The notes under the pieces are model-generated. The model was not told the DNA's origin. It did no database searches and saw nothing but the letters and a program-made list of their open reading frames with translations. A DNA stretch of 63,076 bases, the filler included, from Octopus bimaculoides (taxonomy: Eukaryota), in NCBI RefSeq assembly GCF_001194135.2. It is 6 parts of 6 records of this genome, joined end to end, with 100 filler letters (N's around TTAATTAATTAA, not from the genome) between each part and the next. Parts side by side here need not be neighbours in the genome. Positions count along the whole stretch, not along the records: positions 24,798 to 38,399 come from NC_068993.1; positions 38,500 to 44,954 come from NC_069007.1; 4 more parts are not named here. The stretch is one strand, 5' to 3'. A program made the translations under genes and the position numbers. Below, piece after piece: positions 27,360 to 39,116 of the stretch (position 1 is the first letter of the stretch; each line of letters opens with the position of its first letter).

Positions 27360-28310
27360 TAGTTCCCCTGGTGTAGCCTCTACAAACATCACTCCTTGAT
27401 ATTTGTCAGCCATGTACCATATGTTCATTCTGTTTGCTTTGTCACGAACCCTCTGTTTATTATTCCAGTCTTTATCTCTATCTAGGATGGCTACCACTGG
27501 CTTCACTACCTATGATGTTATCTAACTCCTTTCTAACTCTCCTCTATAAACGAATCCTATCTTTCTGGTCATGACAAGAGAATTGCATGTGGTGCATGAA
27601 ATTCTGTACAGGCTTCCTTGTTTCATAAGGTTTGCATAGCGGGGGGACGTTATTCATTATCTTACGTCTGCTATCAATATGTTGATTTTAGTATAGTGCG
27701 AAAAAGCTGAGTTCTTGTGAACAACATATTTATAAGCTATGAATTTCATGTAATAGGAATTGGAGGAGCTGGACACTGTTGTTCACAGTCTCTAACCAAG
27801 GATCACTATCAAGGACAGGGAGACTACTGTTAGGGCACCTAGTGGAGTAATCTATAATTACCTTGATACTTTGGTGGAACAGCTATGTGCTGGATGCTCT
27901 CCTTTATGTTCCTTTCGGTTTCTACAATACAGTTACTTGGGTTTGTCCTAACTAGAATATAGATGTCATCTACATACAGTAAAGCAATACAGTTTTAGAT
28001 TGTTCATCTGTTTAAGTTTTCTGTCCCACTAGGTCATGAAGAAGCTGGCTCCACCCACAGCCACACCGACACCGATGGTTGTATTCTGAACCAGCATGTA
28101 TAGTTTTCTGTCAAACTTTACTATGTGGTTCTTCAAAGTTCTTATGCTAGCTCCTCATTCTTTTCACCTGATTGTTGTTCTCAGGGTCATGGATGGGTGT
28201 GTTCCAGCCGCTCCAGTGCTCTGTGGTACTTTTCTATACTGCTGGGGTGACGGTGAGTGGTCATCATCGATAAATATATACCAACTCTTTAGAATACCAT
28301 TAGACTAGAA
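27360..28310 (-). mobile_element. Penelope-like element RT relic 1
   Basis: Minus strand: HIVKFDRKLY, FMT*WD, YVDDI (27962-27976), IIDYS..LPVLD, YYMK, KINILIA, and VMFVEATPGEL further downstream. Confidence 0.65.
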
Positions 28311-28324
28311 CTATAGTCTAGTTC

Positions 28325-29691
28325 ATTAAAGTAACTGAATGGTTCAATAAAAACCAAATTCCTTCAAATAGATATCTCAAATTATTACGCTTCAATTAAC
28401 CCTATTCCACTTAATAAGGCAATAATTTATGTAATAAGTAACTCAGCTCTAAATAGAAATGAGATAAATGTCATCTTGATAGCCAGCTAGAAAGTCAATC
28501 ATTAAATTTGATGATAAATATTGGATTAGGAAAGGTCAGCATAACTATGGGCTCAATAAATTCAGCACAGGTGACAGATTTAGTCGGAATCTATATACTA
28601 GCATGCATTAATAGGGAATTCCCTCAAGTCGGAGGAAGTCTACATAGAGACAAAGTGCTTTTGACACTGGCAAACCCTTCAAATAGAGATAGAGAAAAAT
28701 AGAGAAAAAATTCTTCAAATTCTTCAAAAACTAAGGACTTAGCATATCCGTTGAAGAGGAGCATAATTCAGTAAACTTCCTAGATATAACACTAGATCTG
28801 AGATCGAATACTTACCGACCATACCACAAACCCAATGAAAACCTAGTAATCACCTGGTTAGCATAACACACAAGCTAGTAGAAAATATTTCAACCTGTAT
28901 CTCTAATCTCTCTGCTAATGAAGAAATTTTAAAACTAAATACAGATTATTACAATTCAGCTCAAGAAAAAGCAAGGAATGGAAAAAAATTAAAATTTTGT
29001 AAAACCAATAACAGTGAAGATGAACATAAAACAGCCCAAAGTAATGCAGGAACCAACGATAATAAAAGAATAATTAATTCTGAAAACAAAATTAAAAACC
29101 ATAGAAATAAAAAACTAAAGAGGATAAGAAAACTAGAAATAAGGATACGATACATGACTGTAATAAATATATAAATATATATAAAAGATATCGCCATAAT
29201 AACGAGAGATTGATGTCTTAACGCAAGCATTATAATCTAACGAATAATAATAAAATACAACCTTCTAATAATATCAAGAACTATAATGACTTTAACACCC
29301 GATCTAAATCAACTACTAAAAAATACTATAATAGTAAAAAACACAAAACCTCTAACACAATAGGAAACAGAGTTAAAACGTTTTAACTGGCCATTAGCAC
29401 TAATTACAATCCGAACTATTAGTTAAAGAATTATTCTAAAGATATGGATTATAATCCCTTTTGCTAAGCAAGTTAAATAAAAGATACCTAGAATGTTCTA
29501 CGAAGCACTAAATAAATTTTTTCCGGAAATGAATAAATACCATTATTAATTTAATAAACGAAAAATCAAAATTACATCCTCTAACTCGAAAAATTTAGCT
29601 CAAATTATAGCCGCTCAAAACACCAAACAAATTGCGAAAGCACAGGTTAAAAACATTAATAAGGTAAATAAAAGTGAAAACCGAATTCAAG

Positions 29692-29761
<70 letters not shown>

Positions 29762-31050
29762 AAATTTTAAAAACGATTATAAGATGATTAATACAAATTT
29801 TATTGAAACCACCACTAGGATAATGCTCAATTAACTAATTCCATAGATCCTGTATGTAAAAGACAGACACACATGGTGACTAGAAAGAATAACGACTATT
29901 ATGTAGACAATAATGATAAAGATAATCAGCAAAAATATAAAACAAACATAAACATTATGAAGTCTAATAATAAAAACGTAGATTGCTTAATACATAGAAC
30001 ACGGTATTGCGCTAGGAAAACGCAATGCAAATTTGAAAATAACTGTAATGTAAAAAAATTCTGTCTTATAGATGTGTAGTCACAACAGATAAAAATTAAT
30101 ATTACTATATATGGACTAGGACATGCTTTATAAAGCAAAGAATAGCAAATCATGAAAGTTCGTTTAAAAATTATTCTAGAAAATTTTCAACGAGTCTTAG
30201 TAAGCTTATATGGTCGCTCAAGGATGAAAATATTAAATATTGATTAAAATGGGAAATTATTAGTACTATGAAACGTTATAAAGTTTGAGACGAAAGATGC
30301 AATTAATACCAAACATTTACTTCGAAAAATAAATTAGTTAACACTAGACAAGAAAGAAGTTTTAATTGCTTACACAAACGACGTATTCTTTTTAAAAAAT
30401 TTAAATAATAGAATGTATTAATTTATATAATTTCAATAAACTACAATAAAAAGACGCATATAAAGAATATAAGAACAGAATTCAATTTATAAGATTACAT
30501 ACAATATAACTTAGAAACACTTTAAAACAATAATAATAAATTAGAAAAATTAAAAATTACAACTGACTCCTTTTTTATTAACCACGTTGTGCCTACTGCC
30601 TAGTAATGATCCACTACTACTATTAATAACCTTCACAAAAATTCAAATAGTATAACCAACTCTGAAATCCACTAAAAATACCATGTGACTATAAAGAATG
30701 TAGAATCATTCTAAAGAAAAGTATTCTATAAATAACCACTCCCCAACAGACCAAGAAGATTCACCAATTACAACAAACACTGATGCCGGTGCTGCTGAAT
30801 CAGTTGTGAAAAACAGCTCATCGATGAACGTCATGGTTTACTAGGACTGCTACCAAGCCTAGTTTAAACTAATAACGGAGGAAAATACCTTTTCGAACAA
30901 TGTCATATTTATACACGCTGAAGAGATAGGACTAATAATGCATAAATCATTGCATATAAATATGCAATTAATGCGATCGAAACACGTATCGGACAATTAT
31001 TGTGAATAAACCAACTGTAAATAAACATAAAGTTTGACTGTTCAAATTTT
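28325..31050 (+). mobile_element. Penelope-like element 2 (RT, long linker, C-terminal GIY-YIG, 3' repeat), resembling the Naiad group; decayed
   Basis: DISNYYASI, RKSIIKF..YWIRK, TMGS.NSAQVTDLVGIYIL, LHRD (YRDD-like), VNFLDITLDL..TYRPYHKPN, IWIIIPFAKQVK, FFPEMNKYH..FNKRKIKI, CARKTQCKFENNC, KQRIANHESSF..TSLSKLIWSLKD..KWEII. Confidence 0.85.
30918..30992 (+). ncRNA. Degenerate hammerhead-like motif with extended helix II
   Basis: CTGAAGA-GAT..ATTGCATA-taaa-TATGCAAT..ATC-GAAAC-ACGTATC; helix I pairing is not convincing. Confidence 0.4.
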
Positions 31051-31089
31051 TCATTCTCCTTGTCAATATTGAACTTTACAATCTAAGTA

Positions 31090-31390
31090 GCCAGGGAACA
31101 AACTGTAGCATAGAATGGAAGTTAAAGGAAACTTACCATAAAACGCACCATTTGAAGGAATTCAGTATCTGCCTGAATATTATATTCCTCCTCTTACTAT
31201 ATATATAGTCGCCATGATAGATCGCTAGCCACTAAACCTTTTCTATTTTCTCTCCCTGTTTATTTCTGTCTTCCTTTCTGTCGAAGAGCGTAGGCTCGAA
31301 ATGTGAAAGACTTTCTCACTTCCCGAGCGTTAAACTAATATATCTGTTCGTTGTTTACACACCCATCTTCGTCTTTTGTTTTTCGTTTTG
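31090..31390 (+). mobile_element. Penelope-type terminal repeat with hammerhead-like remnant (31274-31311)
   Basis: CTTT-CTGTCGAA-GAGC-gtag-GCTC-GAAA-TGTG-AAAG: helices I and II pair but the core is altered. Confidence 0.4.
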
Positions 31391-31449
31391 TAAATTCTCA
31401 CTATGTATAACAATGATGGATCCTCTTGTCGTGAAATAAAATGTATTTT

Positions 31450-32640
31450 GTTCAAGAACACAACACAAACCCTGAAACTTGCAATAAAAGTCACCAGGAA
31501 CTAAAACAAGTACTACTTAAAAAACAATAACCATTAATGCTAATAGACAACGGAATATCGAAGAACTAAGAAAAACGTAAACCTCTCCAGACATCCAATA
31601 ATCCATCCAATAATCTACAATACACAACCCAAGAGATTTACAATATTATCCACCAGAACATCCCACTACAAACAAAAGGACCCAAGAATGAAACAAGCAT
31701 CCGAAATACACAAAATAATCACAAGTAAAAGACAATCAGTCTCTCAAATGATTCCTCACAAGTGCTAAATCACTTTCCACAATTCCTACACCAACAGTTA
31801 AAAAATGTGGCTGCCCCAATTGCGGAACCTGCATCAACCTTTTTGAAGACACAACATGCAAATTCAAATCGGGACAGACTTTTATTGTAAAAAATCACTT
31901 TACATGTTCTTCAAGGAATTTAATATACGGTATCAAATGTCAAAGATGTAATGAAGATCACATAGATCAAACAAAGCTTACTCTAAGAAATAGATAGGAG
32001 ACAACAGATACGAGACCTCAACAGATACCGCCAACAGATACGAGACCTCAGTACTAGACACATCCCACTGAGTGGTCACATAGACATATGTGCAAAACAT
32101 AAGTCTCCCAAATTATAGGTCTTCCTACTCTACCTATGTTCAGCGAATACCACAGATGAAACACGGGTAAACAAAGAAAATACTTTCGTACAAAAGTACA
32201 AACCAAAACTTAACAAACTTTAACAGAGTATATATACAAATAACTATTCACACACAAAATTCATTCTGTCACTTATCATGGAGAAGTTACACAGCTAATA
32301 ACCTAAATTGTAACCATTGGACTACATACAAACGACTCCTGTCCACTCTCCTACCAGACAGATTAAATTTCGTCTGTCTTGATTGTAACTATACATGTTC
32401 ACTGAACCGTGTCGGCCTTCTATTTAGGCGCAAAGTATACTGTCACGTGACACTAACACACGGACTTAGTGGGAAACGTACAAAAGGTTATAAACTTAAT
32501 CATGTGTTCTCTACAAACACTTGACATAGAGAACATCTATTTGAACTTGACATAGAAAGCATCTTTCTATTTGAACTTATTGAAAATCAGTGTAAACTGT
32601 GAAACCGGTTAAAGCTTAAAATATTTTAATAAAAAATATT
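31450..32640 (+). mobile_element. Penelope-like element 3 (thumb, Cys-rich linker, GIY-YIG; Neptune-like) with 3' repeat
   Basis: QELKQVLLKKQ*P, IITSKRQ, VKKCGCPNCGTC, HFTCSSRNLIYGIKCQRC..HIDQT..LRNR, PLSGHIDIC, KENTFVQKYKPKLNKL* (stop at 32221-32223). Confidence 0.85.
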
Positions 32641-32642
32641 CT

Positions 32643-32682
<40 letters not shown>

Positions 32683-33237
32683 NNNNNNNNNNNNNNNNNN
32701 NNNNNNNNNNNNNNNNNNNNNNNNNNNNNNNNNNNNNNNNNNNNNNNNNNNNNNNNNNNNNNNNNNNNNNNNNNNNNNNNNNNNNNNNNNNNNNNNNNNN
32801 NNNNNNNNNNNNNNNNNNNNNNNNNNNNNNNNNNNNNNNNNNNNNNNNNNNNNNNNNNNNNNNNNNNNNNNNNNNNNNNNNNNNNNNNNNNNNNNNNNNN
32901 NNNNNNNNNNNNNNNNNNNNNNNNNNNNNNNNNNNNNNNNNNNNNNNNNNNNNNNNNNNNNNNNNNNNNNNNNNNNNNNNNNNNNNNNNNNNNNNNNNNN
33001 NNNNNNNNNNNNNNNNNNNNNNNNNNNNNNNNNNNNNNNNNNNNNNNNNNNNNNNNNNNNNNNNNNNNNNNNNNNNNNNNNNNNNNNNNNNNNNNNNNNN
33101 NNNNNNNNNNNNNNNNNNNNNNNNNNNNNNNNNNNNNNNNNNNNNNNNNNNNNNNNNNNNNNNNNNNNNNNNNNNNNNNNNNNNNNNNNNNNNNNNNNNN
33201 NNNNNNNNNNNNNNNNNNNNNNNNNNNNNNNNNNNNA

Positions 33238-36200
33238 CTCCTGACTCAACAGGCAGCTCAGATTCAAACACTCTTGGCGCAATTACAAGGGCTGACATGT
33301 CGCAGCCGCTCACCGCACAAGAGCAACCAACCCCGACGCTTTCATAGAAGACGTTCGAGGAGCCCTAGCGTCACTCGGCGATTTCCTCGGTTTTGCTTTT
33401 TCCACAGGAAATACGGCAAAAACGCGCTTTCCTGCAGGCCATCCTGTACCTTCCACAGTCATACTCCCACTGGCCCGGAAAACGACCAAGCCAAGTTTCA
33501 GGGGCGACGGTCGCTCCTGGCGCAGGTAAACAGAGTCGCCTTTTCTTCGTAATGGATCGTACTACAGGTACCCATTTTCTCGTGGACACTGGGGCTGAAG
33601 TTAGCATCATCCCCGTCTCATTAACCTCGGGACACAGAAAACAAACGCCAACCTTTCTTCCGGCTGTTAATCAATCACCCATCCAGAATTTTGGCGAGCA
33701 ATCCCTCACGTTAAATTTAGGCATTCGTCGCGATTTCCAGTGGATTTTCGTCGAGGCAAACTTACCCACTCCTATCATAGGCGCTGATTTTTTACATCAC
33801 TTCGGCCTACTGGTCGACGTCAAGAAACGTAGACTTGTCGATACAACGACTGACCTCACTTTACGCGGTATAACCGCACGTATGTCTACAGTAGGTCCAG
33901 TCATGTTACGTACAGAGTCCAGCCGATACGAAGCGCTCCTCCGTAAATATCCGGACATCACCCGACCACAGTTCAAACACATGGACGTCAAGCACGGGAT
34001 TACGCACCATATCGAAACCACCGGCCCACCTGTTGCCTCGCGACCGCGAAGACTGCCTCCAGACCGCCTGCGGGTTGCTAAACAAAAATTTCAGCATATG
34101 TAAGATCTGGGGATCGTTCAACCATCCAGCAGCAGTTGGTCCAGTCCGCTACATTTGGTACCTAAGAAAGAGACGAACGGCTGGCGTCCATGCGGAGACT
34201 TCAGAGCCCTCAACAAAGCTACAGTGGCTATCCCATCCCATACATGCAGGATTTTTCTGGTTCGCTGAACGGAGTACAGACTTTTTCTAAAATTGACCTA
34301 GTGCGGGCCTACAACCAGATACCCGTCGAACCCGCCGATGTTCCAAAAACAGGAATTTGCCACTCCCTTCGGGCTATTCGAGTTTTTGCGGATGCCCTTC
34401 GGTCTCCGTAATGCAGCGCAGAGATTCCAGCGCTTTATGAATACCGTAACTAGGAGCTTACCTTTCGTGTATATGTACATCAACGATATATTGGTAGCAA
34501 GCAAATCCGAAGCCGAACATGAAAAGCATTTAGATCAACTATTCCAGCGGTTGGCTGACTACCGCATCGTAATCAAGACCAGTAAATGTATTTTTGGTGT
34601 CTCGTCTCTGCCTTTCCTCAGCCATATCGTTGACAGGAACGGAATCCGGGCCCTACTCAAACAGGTGGAGGCGATAGTCGATTTCCCTATTCCTACGTCC
34701 CTCCGGAAACTCCGCGAATATTTGGGACTAATTAACTTCTACCGGCGTTTCCTACCACACTGCGCCGAGGTGGCTCAACCACTTACAGACGTCCTGCGCA
34801 ACAAAAGAAAGAAGAGACAGGCTATAACGTTAGGCGACGAAGAGCTGGCCTCTTTTAATAAACTAAAGGATATGCTAGCTAAGGCCATGATGCTAGTCTA
34901 CCCCAAACCTAGCGCTCCATTCAGTTTGCTAGTTGACACGTCCATGTCCAGAATCGGTGGTGTCCTTCAGCAGTTTGTTGATAGCGTTTGGCAACCATTA
35001 TCATTTCTCTCCAGGCAACTTCAACCTGCGGAGATGAAATATAATACTTTTAGACGTGAGCTACTGGCTGCGTATCTGTCCGTAAAACACTTCCGCCATA
35101 TGTTAGAAGGATCCGTTTTCAACATCTACACGGACCATAAGCCTCTGGTATATGCATTCAGGAAGAAACCTGACTGCCATTCTCCCAGAGAAGTCCGTCA
35201 CCTCGACTTCATCGGCCAATATTCCAAAGATATTCGGCATATCAAAGGCTCCGACAACACAGCAGCAGACGCGCTTTCACGCGTCCATCTTAACGCTCTG
35301 CACGCTCCAGAGACTACCGATTTCCAGCTGATCGCGGCAGATCAGGAAAACGACGAAGAGCTTAGTAGGTTACGGAATTCGTCGTCCCTCAAGTTCCAGC
35401 TGTTCCCACTGGCCACGAACGTCCTTACGTCCCCGAACAACACCGACGACGTGTTTTCACTGCTCTTCACTGTCTACCACNNNNNNNNNNNNNNNNNNNN
35501 NNNNNNNNNNNNNNNNNNNNNNNNNNNNNNNNNNNNNNNNNNNNNNNCCCCGGCATTCGTTCCACACAGAAGATGATAAGAACTCGTTTTGTGTGGACGA
35601 ACATTAACAAGGACATCCCCGCTTGGGTTGAGAGTTGCGCTGCCTGCCAAAAAGCGAAAATACAGTGACATGTAAAATCGTCTCTCGGCACTTTCACAAC
35701 ACTGGACGCACGTTTTCAACACATCCACATAGATGTAGTCGGACCTCTACCACCGTCTCACAACTATACGCATCCGTTGACCTGCATCGACCGCTTTTCT
35801 CGATGGCCCGAGGCTTTCCCTCTGTCCGGATACTTCAGCGGAAACCGTCGCTAAAGCGCTGATATCACACTGGGTATCGCGTTTTGGTGTCCCCGCGACC
35901 ATCACGACAGACAGAGGACGGCAATTCGATTCGCGCCTTTTCAGTGAACTCACGTGCCTTATCGGTTCCAAACACTGCCGCACAACAGCGTATCATCCAG
36001 CGGCAAATGGCATGATAGAGAGAATCCACAGGCAACTGAAATCAGCCGTACGTGCATGTCCAGATATAACCAACTGGATGGAATTCCTTCCTCTTATCCG
36101 TATATCCTTCCTCGGTATCCGTATATCTGTTAAGGACGACATCGGTCACTCTCCGGCTGAGTTAGTTTACGGCACCATTCTGGCCCTGCCTGGGCAAATG

Positions 36201-37025
36201 ATTGCTCCAGTTCCTCGAAGGGATATTCCTGACCCCACATTTTATGTACATCGTCTCCGTGCACATATGTCCCATCTCTCACCTAACGCACCCCGTTGGC
36301 AGAAAACCGACACTTATGTTCCCTCAGACATTAACCAATGGACGCACGTTTTTATCCGGAACGATGGAATACCATCACAAATCCGTCCACCGTATTCTGG
36401 ATCCTACAGAGTACTACAGAGAAGGGAAAAATACTTCGTCGTCGGCATAAATGGCAAGCCAAATACTATTAGTATCGATCGACTTAAGAAAGCTATCGTC
36501 GAACCCAAATTCTCCGCATCATCGTCCACTCCGCACCAAACCGACACAGTCTCGTCAACACCTCCCACCAGTACTTCAACGTCTTCACAGCACCCTCGAA
36601 CAAGAAGCGGGCGAAGAGTCCGCTGGTCGGCGAAATACATACAAGTTTTCTATTTCAAAAAGATTCCAGGTGAGTGATTTACAAGCACCAATGCTTTAAT
36701 TTCCACACGAACAGCTTCAAAATTTATTTATACTTTTCTTTCTACTGAACTTCACAAGGGCCATACCTGTAACACTTATATCGCATTAAATCAATTTTCT
36801 GTTTCTGTTTCTGTTTGGTCACGTAATTAACAGAGAAAATTATCTGTCTCGCGCATCACTGCAGCATGCTTACAATGACGTCCTTGCTAACTCAGCAATT
36901 AACCATGACAACAGCACCAGACGCATTTCACTTTGTAAAAACATTCCAGGGCATTTACCATGCATTTCTTCGTCTCCTTTGTTCGTTCGCTTCCCCTCCC
37001 GGAACCTCACTGGCGAGGAGAGTAA
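33238..37025 (+). mobile_element. Ty3/Gypsy LTR retrotransposon, CsRn1 clade, internal region (gag end, PR, RT, RNase H, IN); inactive
   Basis: Gag CFFHRKYGKNALSCRPSC = C-x2-H-x9-C-x3-C; protease FLVDTGAEVSIIP; RT IDLVRAYNQIPV, TPFGLFEFLRMPFGL, YIND (YxDD mutated); RNase H RELLAAY, YTDHKPL; integrase [27 protein letters not shown]; stops and frameshifts present. Confidence 0.95.
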
Positions 37026-37110
37026 TGTAGTGGATCTTGCATGCATGTCTATCCTTCTAGATAGTTATAAAAATAAGAAACCCCAAGCAAAATCGAAGTA
37101 GTCACTTGGC
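37011..37110 (+). mobile_element. Polypurine tract and start of the putative 3' LTR
   Basis: Purine-rich GGCGAGGAGAGTAA directly precedes TGTAGTGG at 37026; the LTR 3' end cannot be defined and the 5' LTR is not visible (gap). Confidence 0.55.
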
Positions 37111-38199
37111 GACAACAGAGCGAGGCGGCTCATGAACGACTCAATTAGTTAGGGAACGGACTTCTATAATCATGACCACAATGAATGCAGCTACTAAGAC
37201 AATGGTCAGCAAGAGAAACTAAATTTACTGTCAGCAGCTGTGAAACAACATCCCACACCCTACAACTCACACTAGCTCTAATTCTGTCCTCTTACAACAT
37301 CACACTATCGCTGAGAAAATGAGCAAGAACGTAAATAGTTTTCCCTCTCTACTTCTTTCTTCCCATTCCCACCTTTCTCTCTTTTCTTCCTTTCTGTCTT
37401 TCTTTCTTTCTCTCTTTCTTTCTTCCTTTCCTTCCTCACGATAGCCACACTTTCTCTCTTTCTATTTAGTAACGTTATTATCGATATGTTGCCCTTCCCC
37501 CTTATTATCGATATGTTACCAGCGCGTAAGTTTTTTCGTGCGCGAGCTTAACTGCGTCTCTATGTGTATGTGTATAAATTTGTATTCATATATATATTTG
37601 TGCATTGCAAATATATACTTATATACGTAGATTATCTGTACGTATGCATCTGTGTATTTTGATGTATATATATATATATATATATATCATCATAAATATA
37701 CAGGGATTAGCAATTGAGTTGCTTCTCCAACATACTGAAAATTTAGAAATAGCAGTCAAAGAACTACTGATTCCAAACTACAAATTTTTCTCTAAAGCGG
37801 ATGGCGATATTTATGGCACACATAGAACAAAAAACCGGAGGGAAAAGTGTAAACAAACCAAGCCTTTAGTTAATTGGATACGAATCGTTTCATGGTTAAG
37901 TGAATGGAAATTTCACTATTCCAATCTTCAGCCCAAATATTCTGATAAATTTGAAAGTATATATATATATGTATGTTGTGGATTGTCTAGTATGCGTATA
38001 TGCTATTGTAATTTTATTTTATTTTGAACGCAGCGTGTATTTTATTTTATTTTATTTGATTTGATTTTAATGTGTTAATTCGAATATAATTAATTATATG
38101 TAATTTGAGGACATTTTTCTATTTAAGGTTTTCTTCGATTTTTTAAAATATAGGATGAATCTATATTAAATTCATTTGTTTTGTTCATTACGCATCCAT

Positions 38200-38399
38200 G
38201 ACCGTTATTTGAAACGACCAATCAAACAGATCTATGTGTTTCAAATTTTAAATTTTATATTACTTTTGATTGCATTGTTATTCCTTTCCCATTTCTAACA
38301 AAACTGTCCGATGAACGGGAACGTGAAACTCAGAGTGACAGTCTTTTGTTATATTTCTGCTGCTTTTAAATAAAGCATATTACTCTACCTCTGGTATTT
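38200..38399 (+). mobile_element. Penelope-type terminal repeat with minimal hammerhead remnant (38303-38342)
   Basis: ACTGT-CCGATGA-ACG-ggaa-CGT-GAAA-CTCaGAG-TG-ACAGT: all three helices pair, core has U4C and H17G; the tail TTTAAATAAAGCATATTACTCTACCTCTGGTATTT recurs near 44849. Confidence 0.65.
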
Positions 38400-38907
38400 N
38401 NNNNNNNNNNNNNNNNNNNNNNNNNNNNNNNNNNNNNNNNNNNTTAATTAATTAANNNNNNNNNNNNNNNNNNNNNNNNNNNNNNNNNNNNNNNNNNNNA
38501 TATATATACATATATATGTATATATATATATGCTTATATACACGCATATAAATATATTTTTGTATAAAAGTATATATACATATGTATGTATACATATATA
38601 GAAGTATATACATTTGGATTGCTCTGACGTTTATACACGTTAATGATTTTCACTGAGACTAAATGTGTTCGTTCCTTGTATGGTTTCTCGTATGATTGCG
38701 AGAAATCCTACAAAATGGCCAAGCAATTACAGCAGTTCAAATGGTTGGGGCAGTGGAGGTGATGACTGACTGACGTTGTATTTAACCTCAAATAAGTATC
38801 TCTGTATATGTGCGTGTGTACAAATACATGTATGTATGCAAGTATGTATGTATATACATACAAAGAGAGAAAGAGACAGACAGAGAGATCTAGATAGATA
38901 GGCAGAC

Positions 38908-38944
<37 letters not shown>

Positions 38945-39078
38945 CATAGATAGATACATAGATTGATACGTAGATAGATAGGTGGATAGGCATACACATA
39001 GACACCTTGAAAGAGAAACAGGTAGATAGCCATGTAGATGGCTATATAAATATACATATGCATATAACTTCTTATAAG

Positions 39079-39116
<38 letters not shown>

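Noticed and set aside
30230-30320. In-frame TGA codons in the Naiad-like endonuclease as possible selenocysteine
   Set aside because: They are not at expected Cys positions and co-occur with TAA stops and frameshifts, indicating ordinary decay.
32002-32050. CAACAGATACGAGACCTCA repeated at 30-bp spacing
   Set aside because: A small post-insertion duplication inside a dead endonuclease; not a repeat-spacer array.
37095-37115. TGGCGAC as a primer-binding site after the putative LTR start
   Set aside because: It would imply an LTR of only about 80 bp and a PBS after a 3' LTR; not supportable without the 5' LTR.
37690-38027. About 95 non-repetitive open codons (GLAIELLLQHTENL...)
   Set aside because: No recognisable motif and weak splice signals; the length is attainable by chance.
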